A stretch of DNA of 64,000 nt from a phage, in sequence record PZ496580.1, one strand, 5' to 3'. The translations under genes and the position numbers were made by a program. Numbering within the stretch: position 1 is the stretch's first letter; every line of letters starts with the position of its first letter. The notes beneath the pieces were generated by a model. That model made no database searches, was not told the DNA's origin, and was given only the letters and a program-made list of their open reading frames with translations. Positions 1-10,032 of this stretch are shown here, in pieces.

Positions 1-251
1 AACTTTTCTTCTGCTTCTTTGATCTGCGCGGTTAACGCCTTAATGACGTGAGGATATACCACATCACGATCTGACGGCGTGGAGTAGTCGACCACAATAC
101 CTTTAGTGTCTGGATCGTATTCAACATTATGAATATAGACAATATGATGTTCTCCCTCTTCATCAACAATTATCAATTCCTGAATAACTGTCTTCATTGC
201 TTCTTGAATCAAGCTGTGTGCTTCTTCTAAACTTGTTGGTTTCTTATCCAT
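1..251 (-). CDS. partial CDS (N-terminal ~83 codons), protein at the gene-40 position downstream of uvsX
   Basis: ATG at 251 preceded by GAGGATTATATT ribosome-binding cassette; ORF runs off the window start; identity by synteny only. Confidence 0.45.
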   Translation of the reverse strand, partial: MDKKPTSLEEAHSLIQEAMKTVIQELIIVDEEGEHHIVYIHNVEYDPDTKGIVVDYSTPSDRDVVYPHVIKALTAQIKEAEEK

Positions 252-306
252 AATATAATCCTCTCTAGATATGAAAAAGGGGCACGTAGCCCCTTTACTA
301 CCATTG

Positions 307-1377
307 TTATGCTAACATATCTTCGATTTCTTTGTCAACTGCTTCGTCGCTGATCACTTGCCCCAGCTTATAATGATCGTTGATTGCTTCGTTAAACTTA
401 TCGTTTGTCAGAAGTGGTTTCCAGAACTCAATGCTATTGGTTTCTTTAGCACGGAACTTGCGTTCTTCGGTTTCCATCTCTCCGGTCTCAGTATTCAGGA
501 TTGAACGAGAATACCAACCGTTTGACGGTTTCACTACCCAGCCTAACTCTACAGCCAACTCCAGCAAACCGGAATAAGGATCGATGCCACCGCTAAATGT
601 TACGCTAATCGGGAACTTAGATTTTTCTTTAACGGTTCGTGATTTTTCCGCATTCAGGATAAAATCATAACCAGTAATTTCGGTTCCTTCTTTCTGCTGA
701 CGACGACCAATAATGAAAACTTCATTGGCTGAATACATCGCGCCCGTGCCGCCGGACATAACGGTCTTACTAAACATTTCTTGCGTTTCGTAAGTGTGGT
801 TAATAGCGATGCACGGGATATCATTCATAGTCAGATACGGCGTAACCATACGGAACAAGCCTTTAAGTGCTTTAGCTCGCGTCATATCCTGTGCGGATTT
901 CTCATTAATCGCGTCTTCAACTTCTTTTTTACTTGCTAAGTTACCGATTGAGTCAATAAAGATGATCACTTTATCTTCACGGGTAATTTGCTCAAGCTGG
1001 TTCATGATTTCAAATTTAAGTTCTTCGATGTTCTTGATTGGAACATGCACCACGCGATCAGGATCTACACCCATAGATTCAAGATAAGCAGACGTAATAC
1101 CGAACTCAGAATCAAAGAACAAGCAAGCCGCATCTGGATTCTGTTTCATGTATGCACTAACGCAAGTTAATCCCATGTTTGATTTAAAGTGCTTAGACGG
1201 ACCAGCAAAGAAAATCAGACCAGATTGAAAGCCTTTTTTAAGATCACCGGAAAACGCAATATTCAGCATCGGGATCTTAGTGCGAGTATTTGTTTTTTCG
1301 TTAAAGAAGCTGGATTTAGACAGTACCGCAGTAGTTTTCAGGGTAGAGTTCTTTTTCAGTTTTTCCAGTACAGACAT
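307..1377 (-). CDS. uvsX: UvsX recombinase (RecA-like strand exchange protein)
   Basis: 356 aa; near-colinear with T4 UvsX (KIPMLNIAFSG, AGPSKHFKS P-loop, INHTYETQEMFSKTVM, KSRTVKEKSKF). Confidence 0.95.
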   Translation of the reverse strand: MSVLEKLKKNSTLKTTAVLSKSSFFNEKTNTRTKIPMLNIAFSGDLKKGFQSGLIFFAGPSKHFKSNMGLTCVSAYMKQNPDAACLFFDSEFGITSAYLESMGVDPDRVVHVPIKNIEELKFEIMNQLEQITREDKVIIFIDSIGNLASKKEVEDAINEKSAQDMTRAKALKGLFRMVTPYLTMNDIPCIAINHTYETQEMFSKTVMSGGTGAMYSANEVFIIGRRQQKEGTEITGYDFILNAEKSRTVKEKSKFPISVTFSGGIDPYSGLLELAVELGWVVKPSNGWYSRSILNTETGEMETEERKFRAKETNSIEFWKPLLTNDKFNEAINDHYKLGQVISDEAVDKEIEDMLA

Positions 1378-1388
1378 TATTAATACCT

Positions 1389-1616
1389 CTATTCAGTTAA
1401 TCCGTAATACTTTAATTGCTTCATTGTTATTCGATCTTTGTAGTGCTCTTGAATTAACTTTTTCATCGCATCAACATCGATCGTCACAAATACTTCGTTG
1501 CTGTGATTTCCGTGAACTTTCTTGAAATGCTCTATGCCTTCCTCACGTTCACGTTTAATCTTTTCAATGTCTCTCATAGTATATTTCTCACGTTGGCGGG
1601 TATCGTCACCCAACAC
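1389..1616 (-). CDS. hypothetical protein (sits where T4 has imm/42/beta-gt)
   Basis: 75-aa ORF between gene 43 and uvsX, co-directional; no motif recognised. Confidence 0.45.
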   Translation of the reverse strand: MLGDDTRQREKYTMRDIEKIKREREEGIEHFKKVHGNHSNEVFVTIDVDAMKKLIQEHYKDRITMKQLKYYGLTE

Positions 1617-1638
1617 CCGCCATTATACACACTTTATC

Positions 1639-4317
1639 TTAAATGTCAAACAGGTCAGTAAGCGATGCAACTTTTTCGTATTGCAGCTTTGCAGCCGTGG
1701 TAATGTTCTCCAGTGGTTTGACGAAAGTCTTATTGAACAACAAAGGCCAGTCCAACCACTTCAACACCTCTGATTCAATTTCTGGCGGAATACGAGTACC
1801 GGACAACCAACCAAAACAGATTTCTCCAAACGGATTTCGATCTTTAAGCGGTACAATCATAACCTTCTCGCCTTCACGAATCGGATCTAGTCCGAATTTT
1901 CTGGCATTACGATTATAACACAATACACTCTTAACCGCATACGGACAACCCTTAATCGGATACCCGTTTGAATCGCTGTATTTCTGTAGGTTGTTTGCAG
2001 ATGATACAGCAGCAACCTCAAGATAATCAAGTTTTCTAAATTCTTGCTCAAAAATACCGTAGTATTCCTGCAATGACTCTTCCCCTTCCTGCAACATACG
2101 GCGAATACATTCTTTCAGTGATTTCTGACATGCTTTAGGGGTAGAGCTACGTTGCGTTTCCAAGCCCATGATTTTTAGCTTAGGTTCAGCAAAGCGTGTT
2201 CCTTCCATATCCCAAACATTAAGAGCATAACGCTTTTTACCAGTCCAGAATCCACCGATACCCGCAGATTTCAACGGAGGACCAGCAATTGCCTCACGGT
2301 CCATAAACATCAAGTGCTCATAGTTGTTCATGTACTCGCATAACTCGCGATATCCTTTGTCGATAATCGGTTCCATTCGATGTTTACCGAAATTATCAAG
2401 GAAGTCAACAAGTTTTTCGGTATCGTCGAAACGATCTTCCCCGCCAACCTTATCAACAACATTGTTAACCAGCACATAAACGGAGTCAGTATCACAATAA
2501 CGAACATATGCAAAATCGGTTGTTCCGCAAAGCTCGTTTAAGTATTCGTTAATCTTACGTTCAATCCACTGAATTGCAAGCTGACCGAACAGTGTGATCG
2601 CACTAGCGTTACGGAGATCATAAAAACGGAATTTAGGATTCCCCAACGCACCATAGAGGGAGTTGATCAAAACTTTTCGAGAAAGCTGGTTTGTATTGCA
2701 CAAGATCGACTCGTCTTTACATTCTTCCAGCAATTTCTCTAAGGCATCTTTACTTAATTCAGAAAGCATCGATTTAAACGCTTCATCGAAGTCGTGACGC
2801 ACTTCAACGCTATAGCTAATGGTTCCCCCATAAACATGATTTTCATCGTGTAGAATCGCTTTACAGAGTTCAGCATTGCGATCACACGCCAACATCATGT
2901 TTTTGTACTGCTTACGCTGATCGAATACCTTTTTAATCTCAATCGGTACGATACCATGAATATCTTTTCGATACATCCACCCGTTAGGCGAGCAAGAATA
3001 CTCATCACTCGGACGTGGTGCAGTTTTATTGATATACTCGTGCATCGGTGCAGCATCAAAAGATCCAGCGATTGTTTCAGGCGAAATATTAACCTGTCGA
3101 ATAATAGATGGGTACAGACTTGTTAAGTCAAAGCTCATCATCCAACGGTAAGCATTCGGCACAGGTTCTTTTACAAATGCGCCCGGATACGTCTGCTTAG
3201 GCTGTATCTTATTTTCCGGTACTACTTTACCCTCAGCTTTCAGAGATCCGAAGATAATAGCATCCCATACTTTCATCGGGTTATAAACATGGTTAAATTT
3301 AATCTTTGCATAGAAACATAGGCTATACACCAGATCAATAAAGCCACGCTTTTTATCAATCGCCAGCACACGGTCAACGTCGCCGATGTTATAATCGATG
3401 TAAAGTTGATGGTTATCATCACGCAATTTCTTTAACGGACCATCATAATCAACCTTACCGATTCCTGTCTCATATTCAGCAACATAATCTAACGCATATG
3501 TTGGTTGAGTCGTAAAGCTAAATTTCTTGTACAAGTCAATGTAATCAAGGCTTTCGATCCCCATGATCGTAAATGCTTCACGCTCGTTGCCAAAATCATC
3601 CTGTGAGATTCGGGATTTAATCTTACCGCACGGGCTTAGACGGTTAGCGGTTCTACTTCCGAACTTATTACTGATACGTTTAATGATATATGGAATATCG
3701 AATGTTTCTGTGTTCCAGCCAGTGAAACCAACTGGTCGGTTTTCCTCAAAGAATCGGATGTATTCTAACAGCAATTCATCTTCTGTGTCATAGACGTTAT
3801 AAACAACGCGCTCTACAATATCAGGTCGAAGAATAGACTTGCTTGATTCCCAGATTTCACCGTTTTTTCCTTTCAAATCAAATACAAAGAAACGATCATG
3901 TACGGAATCATAATGCGTAATTGCATCGATGGGATATTTCGCTTCTTCTGGTTTAGGAAATTCCGGGGCAGTGACCTCAATATCAACCCATGCTACACGG
4001 ATTTTATTTCGGTCATATCGAATCTCGCCTTTATACGTATCGGACAGATAGGAGATGATAAAATCATCCATCCCTAATGCCTCTTGCCCCATTTCTCCCA
4101 TCTTTTTACGCCATTTGTTGGCCTCGTTCATAGATGGGAATTTTTTAGCAATGCAAGGCTTGCCATAGATATCTTTATAATTCGTAACCATACTCGGTGC
4201 GGCATGATGAAATAAAGTTGGCGTATATTCAACGTAACGCTCTTGTTCTTGTCCAGCATCATCAATATAACGCTCGTAGATCTTATCACCCACTCGCTCA
4301 CATGACAGAAAATACAT
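1639..4317 (-). CDS. 43: DNA polymerase gp43 (family B, with 3'-5' exonuclease)
   Basis: ~893 aa from ATG at 4317 (AAGGAG RBS 8 nt upstream); colinear with T4 gp43 (DIEV exo motif, SLYPSIIRQVNISPET, YCDTDS polymerase motif). Confidence 0.95.
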   Translation of the reverse strand: MYFLSCERVGDKIYERYIDDAGQEQERYVEYTPTLFHHAAPSMVTNYKDIYGKPCIAKKFPSMNEANKWRKKMGEMGQEALGMDDFIISYLSDTYKGEIRYDRNKIRVAWVDIEVTAPEFPKPEEAKYPIDAITHYDSVHDRFFVFDLKGKNGEIWESSKSILRPDIVERVVYNVYDTEDELLLEYIRFFEENRPVGFTGWNTETFDIPYIIKRISNKFGSRTANRLSPCGKIKSRISQDDFGNEREAFTIMGIESLDYIDLYKKFSFTTQPTYALDYVAEYETGIGKVDYDGPLKKLRDDNHQLYIDYNIGDVDRVLAIDKKRGFIDLVYSLCFYAKIKFNHVYNPMKVWDAIIFGSLKAEGKVVPENKIQPKQTYPGAFVKEPVPNAYRWMMSFDLTSLYPSIIRQVNISPETIAGSFDAAPMHEYINKTAPRPSDEYSCSPNGWMYRKDIHGIVPIEIKKVFDQRKQYKNMMLACDRNAELCKAILHDENHVYGGTISYSVEVRHDFDEAFKSMLSELSKDALEKLLEECKDESILCNTNQLSRKVLINSLYGALGNPKFRFYDLRNASAITLFGQLAIQWIERKINEYLNELCGTTDFAYVRYCDTDSVYVLVNNVVDKVGGEDRFDDTEKLVDFLDNFGKHRMEPIIDKGYRELCEYMNNYEHLMFMDREAIAGPPLKSAGIGGFWTGKKRYALNVWDMEGTRFAEPKLKIMGLETQRSSTPKACQKSLKECIRRMLQEGEESLQEYYGIFEQEFRKLDYLEVAAVSSANNLQKYSDSNGYPIKGCPYAVKSVLCYNRNARKFGLDPIREGEKVMIVPLKDRNPFGEICFGWLSGTRIPPEIESEVLKWLDWPLLFNKTFVKPLENITTAAKLQYEKVASLTDLFDI

Positions 4318-4349
4318 AATATAAACTCCTTCACTTACGAAAGACACTC

Positions 4350-4378
4350 ATTATAGGGGAATCGACTTAGTTTGTCAA
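4350..4378 (-). promoter_or_regulatory. sigma70-type promoter upstream of gene 43 (TTGACA-17-TATAAT), enclosed by a 7-bp inverted repeat ATAGGGG/CCCCTAT
   Basis: minus strand reads ggTATTGACAaactaagtcgattccccTATAATgagtg then AAGGAG RBS and ATG at 4317. Confidence 0.6.
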
Positions 4379-4399
4379 TACCCCTATCCCATCAGTATC

Positions 4400-4762
4400 T
4401 TAGCGTCCGATCTGATACTTTTCGATCAGTGTCCATTCTTCTTTCTGTTTGAAAGACAGTACACGGAAATTATTAACTTCGGTAGTTTCAAAATCACTAT
4501 CAATCAGGGTACACAGATTCCACTGCGCAAGAAGTTTTGCAATGTTATTACGGCGTAATTCATCTTCCCACGTCATTTTAACACTACGACCATCTAATTT
4601 CAACAACTCCTTGAAATGAACGATGTAATAGCGCCCCTTCTTCTGGAGAATATGACAAGACTGATACAGTGTCTTGTCTCGATTGTTGGTAATGCCGCAG
4701 CGGGTTAAAGTCTCCTTAATTTTAAGGAAGTTTTCAGGATTAATCAAATTAATTTCAATCAT
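4400..4762 (-). CDS. regA: RegA translational repressor of early genes
   Basis: 120 aa; recalled T4 RegA similarity (LYQSCHILQKKGRYYIVHFKE, NNFRVLSFKQK). Confidence 0.9.
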   Translation of the reverse strand: MIEINLINPENFLKIKETLTRCGITNNRDKTLYQSCHILQKKGRYYIVHFKELLKLDGRSVKMTWEDELRRNNIAKLLAQWNLCTLIDSDFETTEVNNFRVLSFKQKEEWTLIEKYQIGR

Positions 4763-4763
4763 T

Positions 4764-5342
4764 TTACCACCTTTCTATAATCTTTTTAAGTCGTTTCCTT
4801 TCTGTCTGATTCTTAGTAACACCCGCCAAAAGTTCATCGGTCGCATACGGTTTAATGTGCTTCAATAACTTGTCCATATATCCCTTTTCATTAGCCAAAT
4901 CGAGATAAAACCGGGCGTCATCCATATTTACACAATATGCTTTCGCCACTGCCATTAAAACCAATTTTTGGTCCAATTCTTCTGTTAGCTTAGCCCATTT
5001 ACCGTATCGTTTCCCCTTAGAAATACTCTGTAAGAGATAATCAAAATGCATTTGATCTGGGAGGCCATGACCGATTAAATTCATCACATACGCGCTATAT
5101 AGGCAATCTGCGTGCTGGGAAAGAGCGGTGTTAATCCATCTCTGATTGTATGCAGAATTGTTCCCAACATTAACGCGCTGTTTATCTAAGGTGATATGAT
5201 CCATCAGAGCAAACAATGCATTGTCGGTTTTCTCGGTGAATGTGTCCGCTAATTCAGACACCTTTTCCCAATCACGAGAGCGCCATGCAATTTCATGCTC
5301 GTTTAATTGTGTATCATCTTCACCGAAAAATTGACCTAACAT
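4764..5342 (-). CDS. 62: clamp loader small subunit gp62
   Basis: 192 aa; recalled T4 gp62 similarity (QLNEHEIAW, KGKRYGKWAKL, VTKN...LKK..ERW); directly upstream of regA. Confidence 0.85.
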   Translation of the reverse strand: MLGQFFGEDDTQLNEHEIAWRSRDWEKVSELADTFTEKTDNALFALMDHITLDKQRVNVGNNSAYNQRWINTALSQHADCLYSAYVMNLIGHGLPDQMHFDYLLQSISKGKRYGKWAKLTEELDQKLVLMAVAKAYCVNMDDARFYLDLANEKGYMDKLLKHIKPYATDELLAGVTKNQTERKRLKKIIERW

Positions 5343-6316
5343 TATACGAACTCCAATTCAACCATTAATTGCATTAACAAAAAGACAATGTGAATCTCTT
5401 TATCAGCCGCGTGCGCAAACATCTGATTATTTTCACCGATAATCTCGGTCAGACGGATAATCGACGCTGGCTTAACTTGAGTATACAACTCATTATAAAG
5501 TTTCTTGACAAATTGAGCGTATGTATTGGTATGGCGTGGTGCGAGTTTACGCACATTAGCAAACTGTTTAGTTTTAAGTGCTTCCACCACATCGGTTACT
5601 TCGGTATTGCTACTTTCGATAACCATGCTCAATACGCCAGCATCAATTTTACCATGTTTAGCGTAGCGGTCCAAAAGTTTCATTACGCGTCGGAAGTCTG
5701 GAAAGTTCTGCTTAACCAGTTCCGCTAATACGCGCATTTCTTCTACTGGCACACCTTCTTTATCAAGAATTGCTTTACACCGGACGATCATTTCTTTCAT
5801 CATGCGAAGCTGGTCATCTTTAGTCGGAGATCCAAACGTGATGGGGTCAAATCGAGACCGCAACGCTGGGATAATACCTTCTAGATCATTTGCTGTAATG
5901 ATGAATGTCACATTGTTTGAGTATGCCTCAGAGAAACTACGCAAGTGTCTTTGAGCATCAGCAAGCCCCGCTCGGTCATACTCATCGATAATAACAACTT
6001 TGCCTTTTTCTCGTTTTTCTTCATCAAGTGATACACTCTGCGCAAAGCGTGTAATCTCATCGCGGATAAAATCAATCTTACAATCTGCGCCGTTAACGAA
6101 CAGATAATCAACACCCACATCTTCGCAAAGCGCCTTAGCAACGGTTGTTTTACCAGTACCCGGCGATGGGCTATGCAGAATCATTGAAGGGATTCGGCCT
6201 TGCTTAACAATCTGCGCGAAGATCTTTTTATCTGCTTCCGGCAGAATACATTCAGAAATTGATTTCGGACGGTATTTCTGTTCCCACTGAAACTCATTTT
6301 CATTAACACTCAGCAT
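5342..6316 (-). CDS. 44: clamp loader large subunit gp44 (AAA+ ATPase)
   Basis: Walker A SPSPGTGKTTVAKAL, DEYDR Walker B, EQKYRP N-terminus as in T4 gp44; start taken at internal Met. Confidence 0.92.
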   Translation of the reverse strand: MLSVNENEFQWEQKYRPKSISECILPEADKKIFAQIVKQGRIPSMILHSPSPGTGKTTVAKALCEDVGVDYLFVNGADCKIDFIRDEITRFAQSVSLDEEKREKGKVVIIDEYDRAGLADAQRHLRSFSEAYSNNVTFIITANDLEGIIPALRSRFDPITFGSPTKDDQLRMMKEMIVRCKAILDKEGVPVEEMRVLAELVKQNFPDFRRVMKLLDRYAKHGKIDAGVLSMVIESSNTEVTDVVEALKTKQFANVRKLAPRHTNTYAQFVKKLYNELYTQVKPASIIRLTEIIGENNQMFAHAADKEIHIVFLLMQLMVELEFV

Positions 6317-6381
6317 ATAATCACCTCTCACAAATTACATCATTAAAATGGGGAGTATTTACACTCCCCGCAAATATTATA

Positions 6382-7068
6382 TTAGTCGGTGTAGCTGGAG
6401 TCAAGGTCACACGCGATCATATAAGATACGGTTTCACTTGCCAGCCATACAGCCTTACGGCGAGTGAAGCTCAGTTTGTAATCGCCGAAGTCAGTAGCAA
6501 CCAGTTTCATGTTATCTTTACGAATAAAGAAATGGAAGTCGGCGGTTCCGGCATATTCGCCCATGTCAAGACAAAACATCTCATTCGGATTATTTTTGTC
6601 AATCTCTTCCCAGCCTTTGATCATAAGACGACCATCAATCGGAAGAAATTCAAGGCGGTCCACTTTAAGCTGATTGCTCATTTTCATAAGCTGTTTCAGA
6701 TCGTCGTTGCTCAGTTCGTAATCTACATCGCTTGCAGGTGGAGTAACTCGGCCTTTCGGTGATACGATAGCAGCAGCACTAGCACCAGGATAATTAATTT
6801 TCAGACGATCGTTAGACACACGAATGTTACCAGTGCGGTTATCAACCGTAATATCTGCTTCATCACCTACCAGATTCAGAATACCCAGGAAAGAGTTAAG
6901 ATCATAGATCCCAATTTCGTGTTCCAGTTCTTGATTCAGAGTCGCTTCACCATATACAACGTTTGTCATGTTTTTGGTGATCAGGACGTTTCCTTTTTTC
7001 AGGATGATACCTGGGTTAATAGCGGAAAAGTTTTTCAGGGTAGCAATGGTTTCTTTAGTAAGTTTCAT
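6382..7068 (-). CDS. 45: sliding clamp gp45
   Basis: 228 aa; recalled T4 gp45 similarity (LKNFSAINPGIILK, IYDLNSFLGIL); synteny 44-45. Confidence 0.9.
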   Translation of the reverse strand: MKLTKETIATLKNFSAINPGIILKKGNVLITKNMTNVVYGEATLNQELEHEIGIYDLNSFLGILNLVGDEADITVDNRTGNIRVSNDRLKINYPGASAAAIVSPKGRVTPPASDVDYELSNDDLKQLMKMSNQLKVDRLEFLPIDGRLMIKGWEEIDKNNPNEMFCLDMGEYAGTADFHFFIRKDNMKLVATDFGDYKLSFTRRKAVWLASETVSYMIACDLDSSYTD

Positions 7069-7098
7069 CAAATCACCTTTATCATGTTAATCAATTAA

Positions 7099-7497
7099 TT
7101 ATGGGTTTACTTTGTGCTCATTTTGAATCTTTAGCATTCTTTCGATAAATTTTTTCTCGGCTTCCTTGTCGGATGAGTGAGTATACTTCAATCCAATGTA
7201 AGCTGTCAAGTATTGTTGCAGAGCATAGACAGTAACAGGATTCTTTGCGGTCTTTTTGCCGTCGAGATATACCAGATCACCACGAACATCAAACGCAAGT
7301 TTACGACGAATCACGTCATCAACAAATTTATCTAGGACAAAATACCACTCAATACATTCTATCCCGTGACGGTAGTTCATTACATCATTATCTTTGATAT
7401 AGTCAAACGGAATATGACATAATTTACGATTTTGTAGTATGAATAGCATTTGTTCTTTTAAGCTCATACGTTTCATTCTATCACTTCCCATCAGCAA
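7099..7497 (-). CDS. hypothetical protein at the rpbA position
   Basis: 132-aa ORF between 45 and 46; no diagnostic motif. Confidence 0.5.
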   Translation of the reverse strand: MLMGSDRMKRMSLKEQMLFILQNRKLCHIPFDYIKDNDVMNYRHGIECIEWYFVLDKFVDDVIRRKLAFDVRGDLVYLDGKKTAKNPVTVYALQQYLTAYIGLKYTHSSDKEAEKKFIERMLKIQNEHKVNP

Positions 7498-7873
7498 TTG
7501 CGATCAGACGAGTTACTACTACGCTAGCGGCTTCAATCAGCAGTTCATCAGTGTCAATCTGATAACCTTTTTCGAGAATATCTTTACCACGAATAGTTTT
7601 AGCGCCTTTAGCAATTGAATCATCGTAATACTTGCGCATTGCAGCGATCCATTCTTTTTGCACCATATCATCAATATGCGCGTACAGTTCAAAGCGTGCT
7701 TGCTGCGGGATAACCTTCATTTTAGCTTTCTCGCTTTCCGGCATTTGCAGTACCCACGCTTTACGGATCTTGTTCATTGCTCGGTCAAATTCGAGGCTGG
7801 TTTTCTTGTTCTGAATGTCTGCTACAGTAATTTTAGCCAGGTTTGCGGAAGTAGTCATAATATTAATCTCCAA
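7481..7873 (-). CDS. hypothetical protein
   Basis: 130-aa ORF, co-directional early array. Confidence 0.5.
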   Translation of the reverse strand: MEINIMTTSANLAKITVADIQNKKTSLEFDRAMNKIRKAWVLQMPESEKAKMKVIPQQARFELYAHIDDMVQKEWIAAMRKYYDDSIAKGAKTIRGKDILEKGYQIDTDELLIEAASVVVTRLIAIADGK

Positions 7874-7888
7874 AATAAAATCAGTATA

Positions 7889-8119
7889 TCACGTTCTAAA
7901 GTTTGTTGCAACCCCAGCATCAGGGTAATCAAGTTTATCAAAGTTGGGGACCAGCATAAACTCATGATGACGACAAGACAACATTTTTGTTATGTCTTCA
8001 TCGCTGTATATGCTGTTTTTCATATCCCCCATACTAACTACATATTCTTCACCGGAATATAGATTGATTAATGTATACAATTCTAACTCCGGCTGCGTTA
8101 CTCTGTCAAATGTTAACAT
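7889..8119 (-). CDS. hypothetical protein
   Basis: 76-aa ORF immediately upstream of gene 46. Confidence 0.4.
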   Translation of the reverse strand: MLTFDRVTQPELELYTLINLYSGEEYVVSMGDMKNSIYSDEDITKMLSCRHHEFMLVPNFDKLDYPDAGVATNFRT

Positions 8120-9788
8120 TCATTTCAGTGAATCGCCCACGTTTAACCATCTTGAGATGACGGCTAAAATCATCAGGGTTATGGTCACGATGGCTGATAA
8201 TATACACGTTATCATCTAACTTGTCAATGATGGAATCAAGTGCTTTTACGCCTTGAACGTCCGTAGCCCCATCATAAATTTCGTCGAGTACCAACAAAGA
8301 AATATTAGTACCAGATACTTTACCAGCAACATCACGCCATGTAAAGAGCATCGCAAGGTCAATACGTGCTTTTTCGCCTTGACTGAATGATGTATACGAA
8401 AACGATTCACGCCCCCGTGATTTAATTGTCTCGTTAAACTCTTCATCTAACGTAAAGATATAATCCGCTTCCATGATATCAAGATAATACGCAATCCGAT
8501 CATTGAAATATGGAATATATTTCTTGACGATAGACGCCTTAACACCGGAATCTTTCAACATTTCTGTTACAAATCCACGATGATATTTTTCAAGAACTAG
8601 CTTTGATTTTTCATTAGTAATCTCTACCAGTTCGTGTTCCAGTTTAGCAAGTTCTTCGGAATTGTCAACCCTTTCTTTTTGTAATTCCTGAATTGCTTTC
8701 TGGATCTGTTTAGCCCGACCTACAGATGCCGTTAAATTCGCTCTCTGTGACTCTATAGCGCGTTTAATTTCCAATACCTTAGTTTGTGCTGTCTGGAAAG
8801 AATTGGCCTTCTCTGCGTATTCTACGCGTTTCTCGTCAATCAGAGACAGTTTATGTTCTGCTTGTGCTTTTTGTTCTCGTACAGCCTGATCATTACCTTG
8901 AATGATCGGTTGTGTGCACGTAGGACAGACCCCGCCTTTCTCATGCATATGAATAACACGGTCAAAGTTCTGGATCTGCGCACCAATCTGTGCGATAGCC
9001 GTATTAATTTTAGCCAATGCCGCGCTAGGATCTTCCGGCATAACAACAGCCAATAGCTCATCGGTCAAGCGCGTTTCTTCGGCTTTAAATGCTTTAGCCG
9101 ACTCTACCTCTTTATCATACATATTCTGTAAACGCTGGAGATTCTCGGCACTCGCCTTGCTAGCGTCTTCTATGTACTTTTTATGAGTGTTGATTTGTTG
9201 CTGAACGTGATTAGCTTTCATTTCCTGCATTTGGATATTCTGGGTTATCTCGCGCACATACGCTTTATTCAGTTTATCCATTTCGCCTAGCGTAGCAATA
9301 TCAAGCAAATCCTCGACCAGTTTACGGCGACCCGCTGCCGGAAGACTCATAAACGGAACATAACCAGCAGTGCCTAAAACAACGATCTGTTTGAAGCTGG
9401 CTAGGTTCATGCCTATGATACCTTCAAAATATTCCTGAAAGTCTTTGGTGCTTGCGCTCTCATCGATCTTTTGACCGTCGCGATGCACTTCGAATACTTC
9501 CGGCTTTTGTCCACGTTTAATATAAAATTCTTTCCCGTCCAGTTCAAACCAGACTTCGACCAACAGTTTCTTTTTGTTGACGCTGTTAATCAATTGGCCT
9601 TTCTTGATACTACGAAACGGTTTACCGAACAACACAAAGCAAAGCGCCTCGATCATTGTTGATTTACCAGCACCGTTAACACCAGTGATTAGTGTCTTTT
9701 TGAATCCGTCTAGCTGAATCTCTACAGGTTCAGCACCCACGCTCATTATATTTTGATAGCGCAAGGTTTTAAAATTTAACTTTGCCAT
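8106..9788 (-). CDS. 46: recombination endonuclease subunit gp46 (SbcC/Rad50-like ATPase)
   Basis: Walker A ITGVNGAGKST, C-terminal LVLDEIYDG D-loop; colinear with T4 gp46 (KYQNIMSVG, RGQKP, EKYHRG, FNETIKSRGRE). Confidence 0.92.
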   Translation of the reverse strand: MAKLNFKTLRYQNIMSVGAEPVEIQLDGFKKTLITGVNGAGKSTMIEALCFVLFGKPFRSIKKGQLINSVNKKKLLVEVWFELDGKEFYIKRGQKPEVFEVHRDGQKIDESASTKDFQEYFEGIIGMNLASFKQIVVLGTAGYVPFMSLPAAGRRKLVEDLLDIATLGEMDKLNKAYVREITQNIQMQEMKANHVQQQINTHKKYIEDASKASAENLQRLQNMYDKEVESAKAFKAEETRLTDELLAVVMPEDPSAALAKINTAIAQIGAQIQNFDRVIHMHEKGGVCPTCTQPIIQGNDQAVREQKAQAEHKLSLIDEKRVEYAEKANSFQTAQTKVLEIKRAIESQRANLTASVGRAKQIQKAIQELQKERVDNSEELAKLEHELVEITNEKSKLVLEKYHRGFVTEMLKDSGVKASIVKKYIPYFNDRIAYYLDIMEADYIFTLDEEFNETIKSRGRESFSYTSFSQGEKARIDLAMLFTWRDVAGKVSGTNISLLVLDEIYDGATDVQGVKALDSIIDKLDDNVYIISHRDHNPDDFSRHLKMVKRGRFTEMNVNI

Positions 9789-10032
9789 TAATCCACTCCG
9801 CAATCACACATTCCATAATATTAAATGCTAACACATCTTCATCAATGTTGTAAACACTTGCCGCCTTCACTTTAACTAATGTGTCTCTGCGATCTGGCAA
9901 CATGATAACATAATCCAGTGTCGCCGGATCATATGTCATAAAGGGGTCAATATAAACCCCTTTATTCAATGCCAGATATTCGCGAAGACCTTCTATAACC
10001 CTGTGTCTAAGGTAGGTCATCGATAGAATCAT
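9769..10032 (-). CDS. hypothetical protein
   Basis: 87-aa ORF between 47 and 46. Confidence 0.45.
   Translation of the reverse strand: MILSMTYLRHRVIEGLREYLALNKGVYIDPFMTYDPATLDYVIMLPDRRDTLVKVKAASVYNIDEDVLAFNIMECVIAEWINGKVKF

Noticed and set aside
380-1383. Plus-strand ORFs (380..577, 794..1087, 988..1170, 1189..1383) inside the uvsX locus
   Set aside because: Antisense to a well-supported conserved gene; low-complexity translations; typical shadow ORFs. The same applies to most plus-strand ORFs between 1 and 50 kb (for example 13279..13791, 20418..20807, 35214..35654, 43231..43539).
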